Origin: Acaryochloris thomasi RCC1774
GTDB taxonomy: Bacteria; Cyanobacteriota; Cyanobacteriia; Thermosynechococcales; Thermosynechococcaceae
Assembly: GCF_003231495.1 (NCBI RefSeq)
Contig: NZ_PQWO01000001.1
Span: forward strand, 60,001-92,000
Reading direction: 5' to 3'
DNA length: 32,000 bases
This document shows positions 11,284 to 19,204 of this stretch, piece after piece. Within the stretch, counting starts at the first letter, position 1. Every line of letters starts with the position of its first letter. Under the pieces are notes generated by a model that saw only the letters and a list, made by a program, of their open reading frames with translations, was not told where the DNA came from and ran no database searches. Both the position numbers and the translations under genes were made by a program.

Positions 11284-11799
11284 ATGCCTCCTTTATCTTC
11301 AGATTTTGTTATTCGTCCAGCTCAGCCTAAAGATGTCCCTGATATTTTTGAACTGATCCAAGAGCTGGCCCGCTACGAAAAGCTTGAGCAGATGGTCACC
11401 GGCAGCTCAGAGACCTTAGAACGTCATCTATTTGGTCAGCCCACCTACGCAGAAGCTTTGGTTGCCAGCATCGATCAACACATTGTCGGCTTTGCGTTGT
11501 TTTTCACCAACTACTCAACTTTTTTGACACAGCCCGGTCTTTATCTAGAGGATTTATTTGTCCACTCAGACTATCGACGACAGGGCATTGGTAAGGCTTT
11601 ACTTCAGCAAGTGGCAAACCTAGCAGTAGAGCGCAACTGTGGACGCTTAGAGTGGAGCGTTTTGGACTGGAATGAAAACGCGATCTCGGTCTATCAGCGT
11701 CTAGGGGCTACGGTTCTCCCTGATTGGCGAATCTGCCGTGTTGTCGGCCATGAGCTTCAAGCACTGGCCCATTCTCCATCTTCACCTATCGTAAATTGA
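11284..11799 (+). CDS. GNAT family N-acetyltransferase
   Basis: 171-aa ORF with the acetyl-CoA-binding motif [10 protein letters not shown] in a GNAT-like layout. Its stop overlaps the trpD start (TGATG). Confidence 0.85.
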   Translation: MPPLSSDFVIRPAQPKDVPDIFELIQELARYEKLEQMVTGSSETLERHLFGQPTYAEALVASIDQHIVGFALFFTNYSTFLTQPGLYLEDLFVHSDYRRQGIGKALLQQVANLAVERNCGRLEWSVLDWNENAISVYQRLGATVLPDWRICRVVGHELQALAHSPSSPIVN

Positions 11800-12854
11800 T
11801 GAATGCTATGACAAATGCAGAGTCTCAGAACGGGTCAGTCTTGCTACAGCAGTTGCTTGCGGGGCAATCGCTTTCTCAGCAGCAGGCCGCAGATCTCATG
11901 CAAGGCTGGCTACGAGAAGAAATCCCTCCTGTTCTTTCTGGAGCAATTCTGGCCGCAATTCAGGCAAAAGGGGTGTCAGCTTCAGAGCTTTCAGGTATGG
12001 CAACCGTTCTTCTCAATCAGTCCGTTGCCCTCGCCCCGGCCTCGGCTTTTCCGTCACCGCTGATTGACACCTGCGGAACTGGCGGCGATGGCGCATCCAC
12101 TTTCAACATTTCTACTGCTGTGGCTTTTGTTGCAGCGGCAGCGGGTTTGCCCGTTGCCAAGCACGGCAACCGTTCTGCTTCCAGTCGGGTCGGATCTGCT
12201 GATGTTCTAGAGTCCCTGGGCATTCAGTTGAATGTGGCTCCTGAACGCTGCCAGTCTGCGGTGCGCGAAATCGGAATCACGTTTCTGTTTGCACCCGGCT
12301 GGCACCCGGCAATGAAAGCCGTTGTCCCCCTACGGAAAACATTGAAAATCAGAACCATTTTCAATTTACTGGGTCCCCTAGTTAATCCGCTGCGGCCTAC
12401 AGGACAGGTCATTGGGGTCTTTGCTCCATCACTGCTAGAGACAATGGCAACGGCTTTGAATCATTTAGAAGTTGAGCGAGCTGTTGTACTGCACGGACGG
12501 GAGCAGCTAGATGAAGCGGGGTTAGGTGACTTAACAGACTTAGCGGTCCTCAAAGACGGGCAGGTCACCCTAGAAAGCATTGACCCACAGGCACTAGGAC
12601 TGTCTGCAGCACCATTAGCGGCGCTCAAGGGAGGCGGTGTTGAGGAAAATGCCGAGATTCTTCGGGCGGTTTTGCAAGGGAAAGGAACACCGGCTCAAAC
12701 CGATGTTGTGGCGCTCAACTCAGCCCTAGCTTTGTTTGTGGGCAATGCCGTTGAGACCTACGAAGCTGGCGTTTCCCAGGCTCAGTCGGTGCTGAGCAGT
12801 GGGGCTGCTTGGGACAAATTAGAGGCTTTAGTTGACTTTCTCAAGCGAGAGTAG
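11799..12854 (+). CDS. trpD: Anthranilate phosphoribosyltransferase
   Basis: Contains [18 protein letters not shown] and [19 protein letters not shown] chose ATG 11799, which overlaps the GNAT stop by 1 nt; the ORF-track TTG is at 11796. Confidence 0.96.
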   Translation: MNAMTNAESQNGSVLLQQLLAGQSLSQQQAADLMQGWLREEIPPVLSGAILAAIQAKGVSASELSGMATVLLNQSVALAPASAFPSPLIDTCGTGGDGASTFNISTAVAFVAAAAGLPVAKHGNRSASSRVGSADVLESLGIQLNVAPERCQSAVREIGITFLFAPGWHPAMKAVVPLRKTLKIRTIFNLLGPLVNPLRPTGQVIGVFAPSLLETMATALNHLEVERAVVLHGREQLDEAGLGDLTDLAVLKDGQVTLESIDPQALGLSAAPLAALKGGGVEENAEILRAVLQGKGTPAQTDVVALNSALALFVGNAVETYEAGVSQAQSVLSSGAAWDKLEALVDFLKRE

Positions 12855-12929
12855 AGCTTTAGAAAACTGTAATTGATAGGTGGGATCGATGCGATCTCAA
12901 CTTGAGTCCACCTATCGATATTAAGAACC

Positions 12930-13536
12930 GAGCCAACTCAACTACTCTGTACTTTCAGTACAGAGGTTGGATAAGGACTGAAAGTCCGATTTCTCTCAGG
13001 ACTAAAGTCCTCATTCATTCCAACATAAATGTATCGACATCATTATTTGACACTGGACGATGATGCTCTAGATACTCGGCAACCATCTGCTCACTGATAT
13101 TCCCTGTACTCCATGCTCCATAACCAATTGCCCATAAGTGCTTACCCCAATAGCGCTTCTCAAGCTCTGGATATTCCTGCTGAAGCAACCGAGACGTTCG
13201 ACCTTTGAGACGCTTAACTATGTCACTGAGCGATTTCGAGGGGGGATACTCAAGAAGCATATGCACATGGTCTTTACTGACGACGCCCTTCAAAATCCTG
13301 ATGTCTTCTGAATCACATATCTGGATGAGCAAAGTACGACAACGCTTTTGCACTTCTCCTTTAAGAACGTGGTAGCGGTACTTTGTCACCCACACGACAT
13401 GAACTGTCAGGCGAGTAACAGTATGATTGCCTCGACGATTCTCAACCATAGCTCTCTCTATGCTGCATACCCATACTGCATTAGAGATGTGTAGCAACTA
13501 AAGTCTCGCACTGAAAGTGCGTAGTTTCGGACTAGC
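12930..13536 (-). mobile_element. IS200/IS605-family insertion sequence, tnpA-only (boundaries approximate)
   Basis: A Y1 HUH transposase gene is flanked on both sides by short GAA-loop hairpins. These are 12945-12965 CTCTGTACTTTCAGTACAGAG, 12975-12987 GGACTGAAAGTCC, 12998-13011 AGGACTAAAGTCCT and 13507-13521 CGCACTGAAAGTGCG. Both ends share ACTAAAGTC and ACTGAAAGT. Confidence 0.7.
13015..13449 (-). CDS. tnpA: IS200/IS605 family transposase TnpA (Y1 HUH single-strand transposase)
   Basis: Contains LTVHVVWVTKYRYHVL, the HUH motif DHVHMLLEYPP, KGRTSRLLQQEYPELEKRYWGKHLW and a C-terminal Tyr (AEYLEHH). I moved the start to ATG 13449; the ORF-track TTG 13497 would run into the end hairpins. Confidence 0.9.
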   Translation of the reverse strand: MVENRRGNHTVTRLTVHVVWVTKYRYHVLKGEVQKRCRTLLIQICDSEDIRILKGVVSKDHVHMLLEYPPSKSLSDIVKRLKGRTSRLLQQEYPELEKRYWGKHLWAIGYGAWSTGNISEQMVAEYLEHHRPVSNNDVDTFMLE

Positions 13537-13548
13537 GTGGTTAGGACA

Positions 13549-14076
13549 ATGAAGCAAGAGTCAGAGGAGCAGCAGCGTATTCTTGTCCATCTGGGGCCAA
13601 CAGACGATCATGATTTTTGGACTCTTGCGATTGATACTTTATTAAGCGACGTAGAGACCGAACTACGTGCGAGTTCTCCTAAAACCACCGTGTACGCTCA
13701 GATCGGGGCGTGTTCTCATTGGTTACGCCCACATCAAACTCGCTGGACGAAAGCCGGAGGATTTGCTTGGCCTTCTGGCTATGACGGCGGCAGAGACTCC
13801 AGGCTTGGGCTTCCTGAGTTCGACTGGTCTGTACTTTTGCACTGGAGTAAAGACAATCAAGCTTGGCAATGTGCTAAGAAATTTATCGGCAAACGACGAT
13901 TGCTTTTACGAGCAGCCTTTCCGACACGTACTGGCCATCATCATCAGGCTGCAGTTCACACACTCTGGTCTCCAGGCAGTCCGACAAAACCGAGAGAGAA
14001 AGTGAGATGTTTCTATGGATTCCGCAAACTTTCAGGAAAGTGGAAAGCTATAGCGAAAGAGCAGTTGACGCTATGA
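13549..14076 (+). CDS. Hypothetical protein, Trp/Arg/His-rich, no family recognised
   Basis: Open frame of 175 codons from ATG 13549 (the ORF-track GTG is at 13537). There are no motifs I recognise. The call rests only on ORF length and position in an otherwise empty interval. Confidence 0.45.
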   Translation: MKQESEEQQRILVHLGPTDDHDFWTLAIDTLLSDVETELRASSPKTTVYAQIGACSHWLRPHQTRWTKAGGFAWPSGYDGGRDSRLGLPEFDWSVLLHWSKDNQAWQCAKKFIGKRRLLLRAAFPTRTGHHHQAAVHTLWSPGSPTKPREKVRCFYGFRKLSGKWKAIAKEQLTL

Positions 14077-14658
14077 TGCGCCGAAGTAAGCGGGTTCATT
14101 TCCGGGCTTCCATTTGATATTGCAGCCAATGCTAGGCTTCTGATTGCTGTCAACGGGCTGATTGGACAGCACGGCATTCAGTGCAGCTCGTAGGTCTTGT
14201 CCCGTAACCGGAACACCACTGCTCGGGCGGCTGTCATCTAGCTGGCCGCGATAAACCAGGACGCGATCGCCGTCGAAGAGAAAAAAGTCAGGAGTACAGG
14301 CCGCCGTGTAGCGCTGGGCAACAGCTTGCGTGGCATCGTAGCAAACCGGAAAATCAAAGCTGAGGTCTTCTGCCATCTTCTTGAGATTCTCAGGAGAGTC
14401 ATTAGGATAGTTGGCCACATCGTTAGCGCTAATGGCAACAATCCCCAGACCGTTCTCGCTGTAATCTTGACTGAGTTGCGCCAGTTCATTCTGAACATGC
14501 TTGACGAAGGGGCAGTGTTGGCAGATAAACATGACTAAGAGAGCTTTGCGATCGCGAAATGTCTCCAGCGAGATCAGTTGACCGCTAACAACGTCAGGGA
14601 GCTGAAAACGAGGGGCAGCAGTCCCCAACTGCAGCATCGTTGAGGCGGTTAAAACCAT
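14071..14658 (-). CDS. Thioredoxin-fold thiol-disulfide oxidoreductase (AhpC/TSA-redoxin-like)
   Basis: 195-aa ORF with the CQHCPFV (CxxC) motif after a beta-strand, LVMFI, in a redoxin-like layout. Confidence 0.85.
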   Translation of the reverse strand: MVLTASTMLQLGTAAPRFQLPDVVSGQLISLETFRDRKALLVMFICQHCPFVKHVQNELAQLSQDYSENGLGIVAISANDVANYPNDSPENLKKMAEDLSFDFPVCYDATQAVAQRYTAACTPDFFLFDGDRVLVYRGQLDDSRPSSGVPVTGQDLRAALNAVLSNQPVDSNQKPSIGCNIKWKPGNEPAYFGAS

Positions 14659-14861
14659 AGTGAAGCGTCCTTAAACCTGGCAACATTTTTATTGTGACGG
14701 TGAAAGCTCAAGGCAGTCAATGCAGTTGTCGTACACAGAGGCATATTGACGACCGCGACCGACGAACATCCTCGCCTACAACCACAAGACAGAAAATTGC
14801 TACAGTGTTAAGGCGCTGGTTTGATCAGCGGTCCCATGCAACGGAGTGACTCATTTAGCCA

Positions 14862-15527
14862 ATGCAAGCCCCCTACACTGGAGATGCATATTTTCGCTCT
14901 CCCCCTCCCGATCTACAGTCTCTGCTCTTGAAAGAGCGGATCGTCTATCTTGGCATGCCGCTGTTTTCGTCGGATGAAGTAAAGCAGCAGGTTGGCATTG
15001 ATGTGACCCAGCTGATCATTGCCCAACTGCTCTATCTGCAGTTTGATGATCCCGATAAACCCATCTACTTCTACATCAATTCCACAGGAACCTCTTGGTA
15101 TGGCGGAGATGCCATTGGTTTCGAGACGGAAGCCTTTGCCATCTGCGACACGATGTCCTACATCAAGCCACCGGTACATACAATCTGTATTGGTCAGGCG
15201 TTAGGAACTGCCGCAATGATTTTGGCGGCGGGTGCTAAGGGCAGTCGCGCCAGCTTACCCCACGCCACCATTGTGTTAACCCAATCTAAAACAGGGGCAC
15301 AGGGACAGGCAACAGATATCCAGATTCGAGCAAAGGAAGTTCTGGATAATAAGACAACCATGCTGAATATTTTTTCCCAAGCAACCGGGCAGGATGCCGA
15401 CAAGATTTCGAAAGATATGGACCGCATGTTTTACCTAACGCCAGAAGCGGCGAAAGAGTACGGCATCATCGATCGGATCTTAGAGTCTTCAAAGGATCTG
15501 CCGAAAGCTCTAGCCCCTACTGTTTAA
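14862..15527 (+). CDS. clpR: ClpR, catalytically inactive ClpP paralog
   Basis: ClpP fold, but the Ser and His of the triad are missing: GQALGTAAM replaces G-x-A-S-M-G, and IVLTQS replaces IMIHQP. It lies immediately upstream of clpP3, as in other cyanobacteria. Confidence 0.88.
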   Translation: MQAPYTGDAYFRSPPPDLQSLLLKERIVYLGMPLFSSDEVKQQVGIDVTQLIIAQLLYLQFDDPDKPIYFYINSTGTSWYGGDAIGFETEAFAICDTMSYIKPPVHTICIGQALGTAAMILAAGAKGSRASLPHATIVLTQSKTGAQGQATDIQIRAKEVLDNKTTMLNIFSQATGQDADKISKDMDRMFYLTPEAAKEYGIIDRILESSKDLPKALAPTV

Positions 15528-15560
15528 GTTCTTTATCTACCCGTTTGCGAGTTTCGTCCT

Positions 15561-16160
15561 ATGCCTATTGGTGTTCCAAGTGTTCCATACCGCCTACCCG
15601 GCAGCCCCTATGAACGGTGGATTGACATCTACACGCGCCTCAGTCAGGAACGCATTATTTTCCTGGGTCAAGAGGTCACAGATAGTTTAGCGAACCAGAT
15701 TGTCGCCTTCTTGCTGTATCTAGACTCTGATGATCCCAGCAAGCCGATCTATCTCTACATCAACTCGCCCGGTGGTTCGGTGACAGCGGGGCTGGCGATC
15801 TATGACACGATGCAGCACATCAAAGCTGACGTGACGACGATTTGTGTCGGTTTAGCCGCTTCAATGGGGTCTTTCTTACTAGCGGCCGGTACGCCGGGTA
15901 AGCGTCTAGCACTGCCCAACTCGCGGATCATGATTCACCAACCCTCAGGCGGCGCGCGCGGACAGGCCACAGATATTCAGATTGAAGCAAAAGAGATTGT
16001 GCGAGTGCGGAAGCAGCTCAATCAAATCTATGCTGACCGCACAGGGCAGTCTCTGGACAAGATTGAGAAAGATATGGACCGTGATTACTTTATGTCCGCG
16101 CAGGAAGCGCAGGCATATGGGCTGATTGACAGAGTCATCGAAGGCGGCAAACCAGAGTAA
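15561..16160 (+). CDS. clpP: ATP-dependent Clp protease proteolytic subunit (ClpP3-type)
   Basis: 199-aa ORF with [14 protein letters not shown] (Ser), [10 protein letters not shown] (His) and a downstream Asp. It sits 33 nt after clpR. Confidence 0.95.
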   Translation: MPIGVPSVPYRLPGSPYERWIDIYTRLSQERIIFLGQEVTDSLANQIVAFLLYLDSDDPSKPIYLYINSPGGSVTAGLAIYDTMQHIKADVTTICVGLAASMGSFLLAAGTPGKRLALPNSRIMIHQPSGGARGQATDIQIEAKEIVRVRKQLNQIYADRTGQSLDKIEKDMDRDYFMSAQEAQAYGLIDRVIEGGKPE

Positions 16161-16197
16161 GAACCGGCGTTAGCAGAAATCAATCGATAGAACCTTC

Positions 16198-19119
16198 CTA
16201 CAAACCATTACCAATCAAAATAAAAGGTGCCCAGTAGTAGGGATGACTGAGGTTGTTTTTCTGCTTCTGTTTCCGTGGCTGATCATCAACTACTTTGATG
16301 CTGCCACGCTGATCGCTCATACTGCTGTCTCGCCCAGTGATCATTGCAATCTGAGCTTGTCGTAAAGCTTCTGCTTTGGATACAGGGCCAGCCTTCAAGT
16401 TGCCATAAAATGCACTCATAAGCATCTGTGTTCCGCCATCATCGACTTGCCACAGTGAAGCAAGCGTTGCCTTAGCTCCCCGGTTCTGAAACTGATAGCC
16501 TAGCCCTAGCACCTCTTCACCATTACCAAATTTGCCGCCCAATCCCGTTTCACAGGCGCTCAAGACGACCAAATCGACGTTGAAGAGGGACCAACTGCCA
16601 ATATCTCGGAGTGTGGCACGATCGCCATTACCAAACAAAATGAATGAGTCTTCCGGTTGGCCAGGGACGAAGGCGGCATGGGTCGCAAGGTGAACGATGC
16701 TGTGTTCGTTCATACGAGGCTGAAATTTAGCCACACTAAAGTCTTGATCGAGCAAGCGAGTTGTTCCGGGAATAGTGGTGACAAGTTGGGAGACTTCTTT
16801 GCCTGCAAAGGGTAAACCCGAAAAGGCAAACTGCTCCGCTCCAACTTGAAAGCTGTACTGCCCACTGACAAAAGCTCCGGCTAGGATGCTCAGCGGCCCT
16901 TGAGTTTGGGGGTTGAGATTGCTGAAGGATTTAGCTGTGATGTTATTAACCCGCAGTCGCTGAACAAGCCATTGATCCCCGTCATGGAGTGCGGGCAGGG
17001 GAATGTAACGCAGTTGTCCATCGGGAGCGTAGATGATAGTTTCGGCATTGGCTTGCTTGAGGTCAGCTTCGATGGGTTGGACGAGCCAGGAGTAAAGCTT
17101 CTGGGCGAGAGGTTTAACGTCAGAGCTGCGACGATCTTGGAGGGCGCGGCGAAAAGCAACAATGGTTTGATTGAGTTCTTGTCTAGAAACTGAGACAGTG
17201 CGGCGGATGGGGGCGCTATTCGGAGTCGTGATCACCAGCTCTAGGCGATCTTCAAGAATGAGCGGGTAAAGCAGAACGGCGTTGAGCTGTTTGAGGTTAT
17301 CTCTCAGAGCATCTAGGTCAGCAAGATCCACGGACTGACGCTGGGCCGTGCGGCTTAGTTGACCGAGGGCTGTCTGGACTGCAGGACTAGCAATGAATTG
17401 ATTAAAGTCTTGGTTGAGGTTTTGCTGCAGCTTTACGAGCTGGTCAATGCGTTTCTGCTGGGTTTGGGTACGATCATCTTGGGAAATGTGGCGCAGCTTG
17501 GTGAGTTCTTGCCCGAGTTGAATGACGTTCTCTTGGGACTCGCTGAGCTGGTTCAAGATAGCGAGTTCTGGTTTGAGAACGGTAACGCCTTTACTTGTTT
17601 TCGTATTGCCCCGAACCTGGCTGAGATAGTCATCTAGCTCTTGGACTTTGAGTAAATCTAAAACTTGCTGGGCTTCTAAGACGCGATCCTGCTGCAGGAG
17701 TAGATTGGCAAGATCGCGGTAGGTAGAGGCAATCGTTTGGGTGTAGGACTGCTGAAGCTCAGAAGAAAGCGATCGAATCTCGTCTCTAAGAGATTCTTTA
17801 ATATTCACCGATTGTTTGTAGAAGATAATGGCCAGCTCGGATTGATTTTGTGCGGAGAGCAGAACCCCAATATTGTTGAGGGTGCCTGCTTCACCGCCGC
17901 GATCTCCGACCTCTCTTCGTATCGATAGAGCTTGGTTATAGAGGTCTAAGGCCCTTTGCTGCTGACCCAGATCATCATAAACACTGCCAATGTTGTTGAG
18001 GGTGGTTGCTTCACCGCTGCGGTCTCCGATCTCTTTTTGCAGCAGCAGCGCTTGGTTATAGAGGTCTAAGGCTTTCTGCCGCTGACCCAGATCATCGTAA
18101 ATACTGCCGATGTTGTTGAGGGTGGCGGCTTCACCACTGCGGTCTCCGACCTCTCTTCGTATCGGTAGTGCTTGATTATAGAGATCTAAGGCTTTCTGTC
18201 TCTGGTCTAAGTCATTGTAAACACCGCCCATATTGTTGAGGGTGATGGCTTCGCCATTGCGATTACCAATTTCTTTGAGTATCGGTAGTGCCCGGTCGTA
18301 AAACTTCAGTGCCTTCTGCTTCTGACCCAAGTCAGCGTAAATACCGCCTAGGTTATTGAGGATGGTCGCTTCACCACTGCGATTGCCAATTTCTTTGAGT
18401 ATCGGTAGTGCCCGGTCGTAAAACTTCAGTGCCTTCTGCTTCTGACCCAAGTCAGCGTAAATACGACCTATATTGTTGAAGGTGGCGGCTTCACTATCGC
18501 GATCTTTAACCGCTTTAGTTATTGGTAGCGCTTGGTTGTAAAACGCTAGTGCCCTCTGCTTCTGGCCCAGATCCGCGTAAACACTACCAATATTGTTGAG
18601 GGTGGCGGCTTCACTATTGCGATCTTTGACTGCTTTAGTTATTGGTAGCGCTTGGTTGTAAAACTCCAGTGCCCTCCGCTTCTGGTCCAGGCGATTGCTG
18701 ACAAGTCCTAGATCGTTTAGCAAAACTGCCTGCGTTTTGAGATCAGCCGGATTGGGGGCAAGGATAGCTTGTTGGGTGGCGAAAGATTCTTGATAAGATT
18801 TCAGTGCTTGCAGATACTGAGACTGATAGTAATAAACATCACCAATCGCGTACCAACTGTTCCTCTGGCCTCGTGGATCTTTTTGGGTTTGATAAAGGAT
18901 CAATGCCTTCTGTAGTGTCTTCAGGGCAGCCTGAAACTGTCTCTGCTGTCTGAGTTCAATTCCTTGCGCTAAAAGCTGTGCAGCGTCTCTTTTTTGTGAG
19001 CTTACAGCTTGCCCCCAAGCCTGTGAAGCCATTGGTAACTGTGGCGCTAGCAGAGAAGACCCTGTTAAAGCTGAGAACGTGGTTGCGATCGCAAAACTAA
19101 AGCACTTTATCAAAGACAT
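16198..19119 (-). CDS. TPR-repeat / CHAT-domain (caspase-fold peptidase-like) protein with an N-terminal signal-like sequence
   Basis: 973-aa ORF. The N-terminus, MSLIKCFSFAIATTFSALTGSSLLAPQLPMASQA, is hydrophobic. It contains 7-8 forty-residue TPR-like units with a consensus close to ALxFYNQALPIxKEVGDRSGEATTLNNIGxVYxDLGQKQK. The C-terminal CHAT domain has HLATHA (His codon 16678-16680) and VVLSACETG (Cys codon 16552-16554). Confidence 0.9.
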   Translation of the reverse strand: MSLIKCFSFAIATTFSALTGSSLLAPQLPMASQAWGQAVSSQKRDAAQLLAQGIELRQQRQFQAALKTLQKALILYQTQKDPRGQRNSWYAIGDVYYYQSQYLQALKSYQESFATQQAILAPNPADLKTQAVLLNDLGLVSNRLDQKRRALEFYNQALPITKAVKDRNSEAATLNNIGSVYADLGQKQRALAFYNQALPITKAVKDRDSEAATFNNIGRIYADLGQKQKALKFYDRALPILKEIGNRSGEATILNNLGGIYADLGQKQKALKFYDRALPILKEIGNRNGEAITLNNMGGVYNDLDQRQKALDLYNQALPIRREVGDRSGEAATLNNIGSIYDDLGQRQKALDLYNQALLLQKEIGDRSGEATTLNNIGSVYDDLGQQQRALDLYNQALSIRREVGDRGGEAGTLNNIGVLLSAQNQSELAIIFYKQSVNIKESLRDEIRSLSSELQQSYTQTIASTYRDLANLLLQQDRVLEAQQVLDLLKVQELDDYLSQVRGNTKTSKGVTVLKPELAILNQLSESQENVIQLGQELTKLRHISQDDRTQTQQKRIDQLVKLQQNLNQDFNQFIASPAVQTALGQLSRTAQRQSVDLADLDALRDNLKQLNAVLLYPLILEDRLELVITTPNSAPIRRTVSVSRQELNQTIVAFRRALQDRRSSDVKPLAQKLYSWLVQPIEADLKQANAETIIYAPDGQLRYIPLPALHDGDQWLVQRLRVNNITAKSFSNLNPQTQGPLSILAGAFVSGQYSFQVGAEQFAFSGLPFAGKEVSQLVTTIPGTTRLLDQDFSVAKFQPRMNEHSIVHLATHAAFVPGQPEDSFILFGNGDRATLRDIGSWSLFNVDLVVLSACETGLGGKFGNGEEVLGLGYQFQNRGAKATLASLWQVDDGGTQMLMSAFYGNLKAGPVSKAEALRQAQIAMITGRDSSMSDQRGSIKVVDDQPRKQKQKNNLSHPYYWAPFILIGNGL
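17871..18720. repeat. In-frame 120-bp tandem repeat array (7 copies plus a degenerate 8th) encoding the TPR units
   Basis: The TTGTTGAG-type motif ends at 17880, 18000, 18120, 18240, 18360, 18480 and 18600, with a degenerate copy at 18720, so the period is exactly 120 nt. Positions 18271-18344 and 18391-18464 are a perfect 74-nt duplicate. Positions 18481-18540 and 18601-18660 differ at 3 positions. Confidence 0.92.
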
Positions 19120-19204
19120 TGCCTATGCTTTTTCACTAAAGCCATCCTAAGGTGAAAACTCAGTAGACAAGCGTGGGTTATCAAAAACGCAACGGACGCT
19201 AGAT

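Noticed and set aside
14071-14076. 6-nt convergent stop-region overlap of the hypothetical ORF and the redoxin gene as a regulatory feature
   Set aside because: It is more simply explained by chance extension of an uncertain ORF. I noted it under the hypothetical-ORF finding rather than as a feature.
17871-18720. Regular 120-bp repeats considered as a CRISPR-like array
   Set aside because: The repeats are contiguous with no unique spacers, are in frame within a long ORF, and encode TPR units. This is a coding tandem repeat, not CRISPR.
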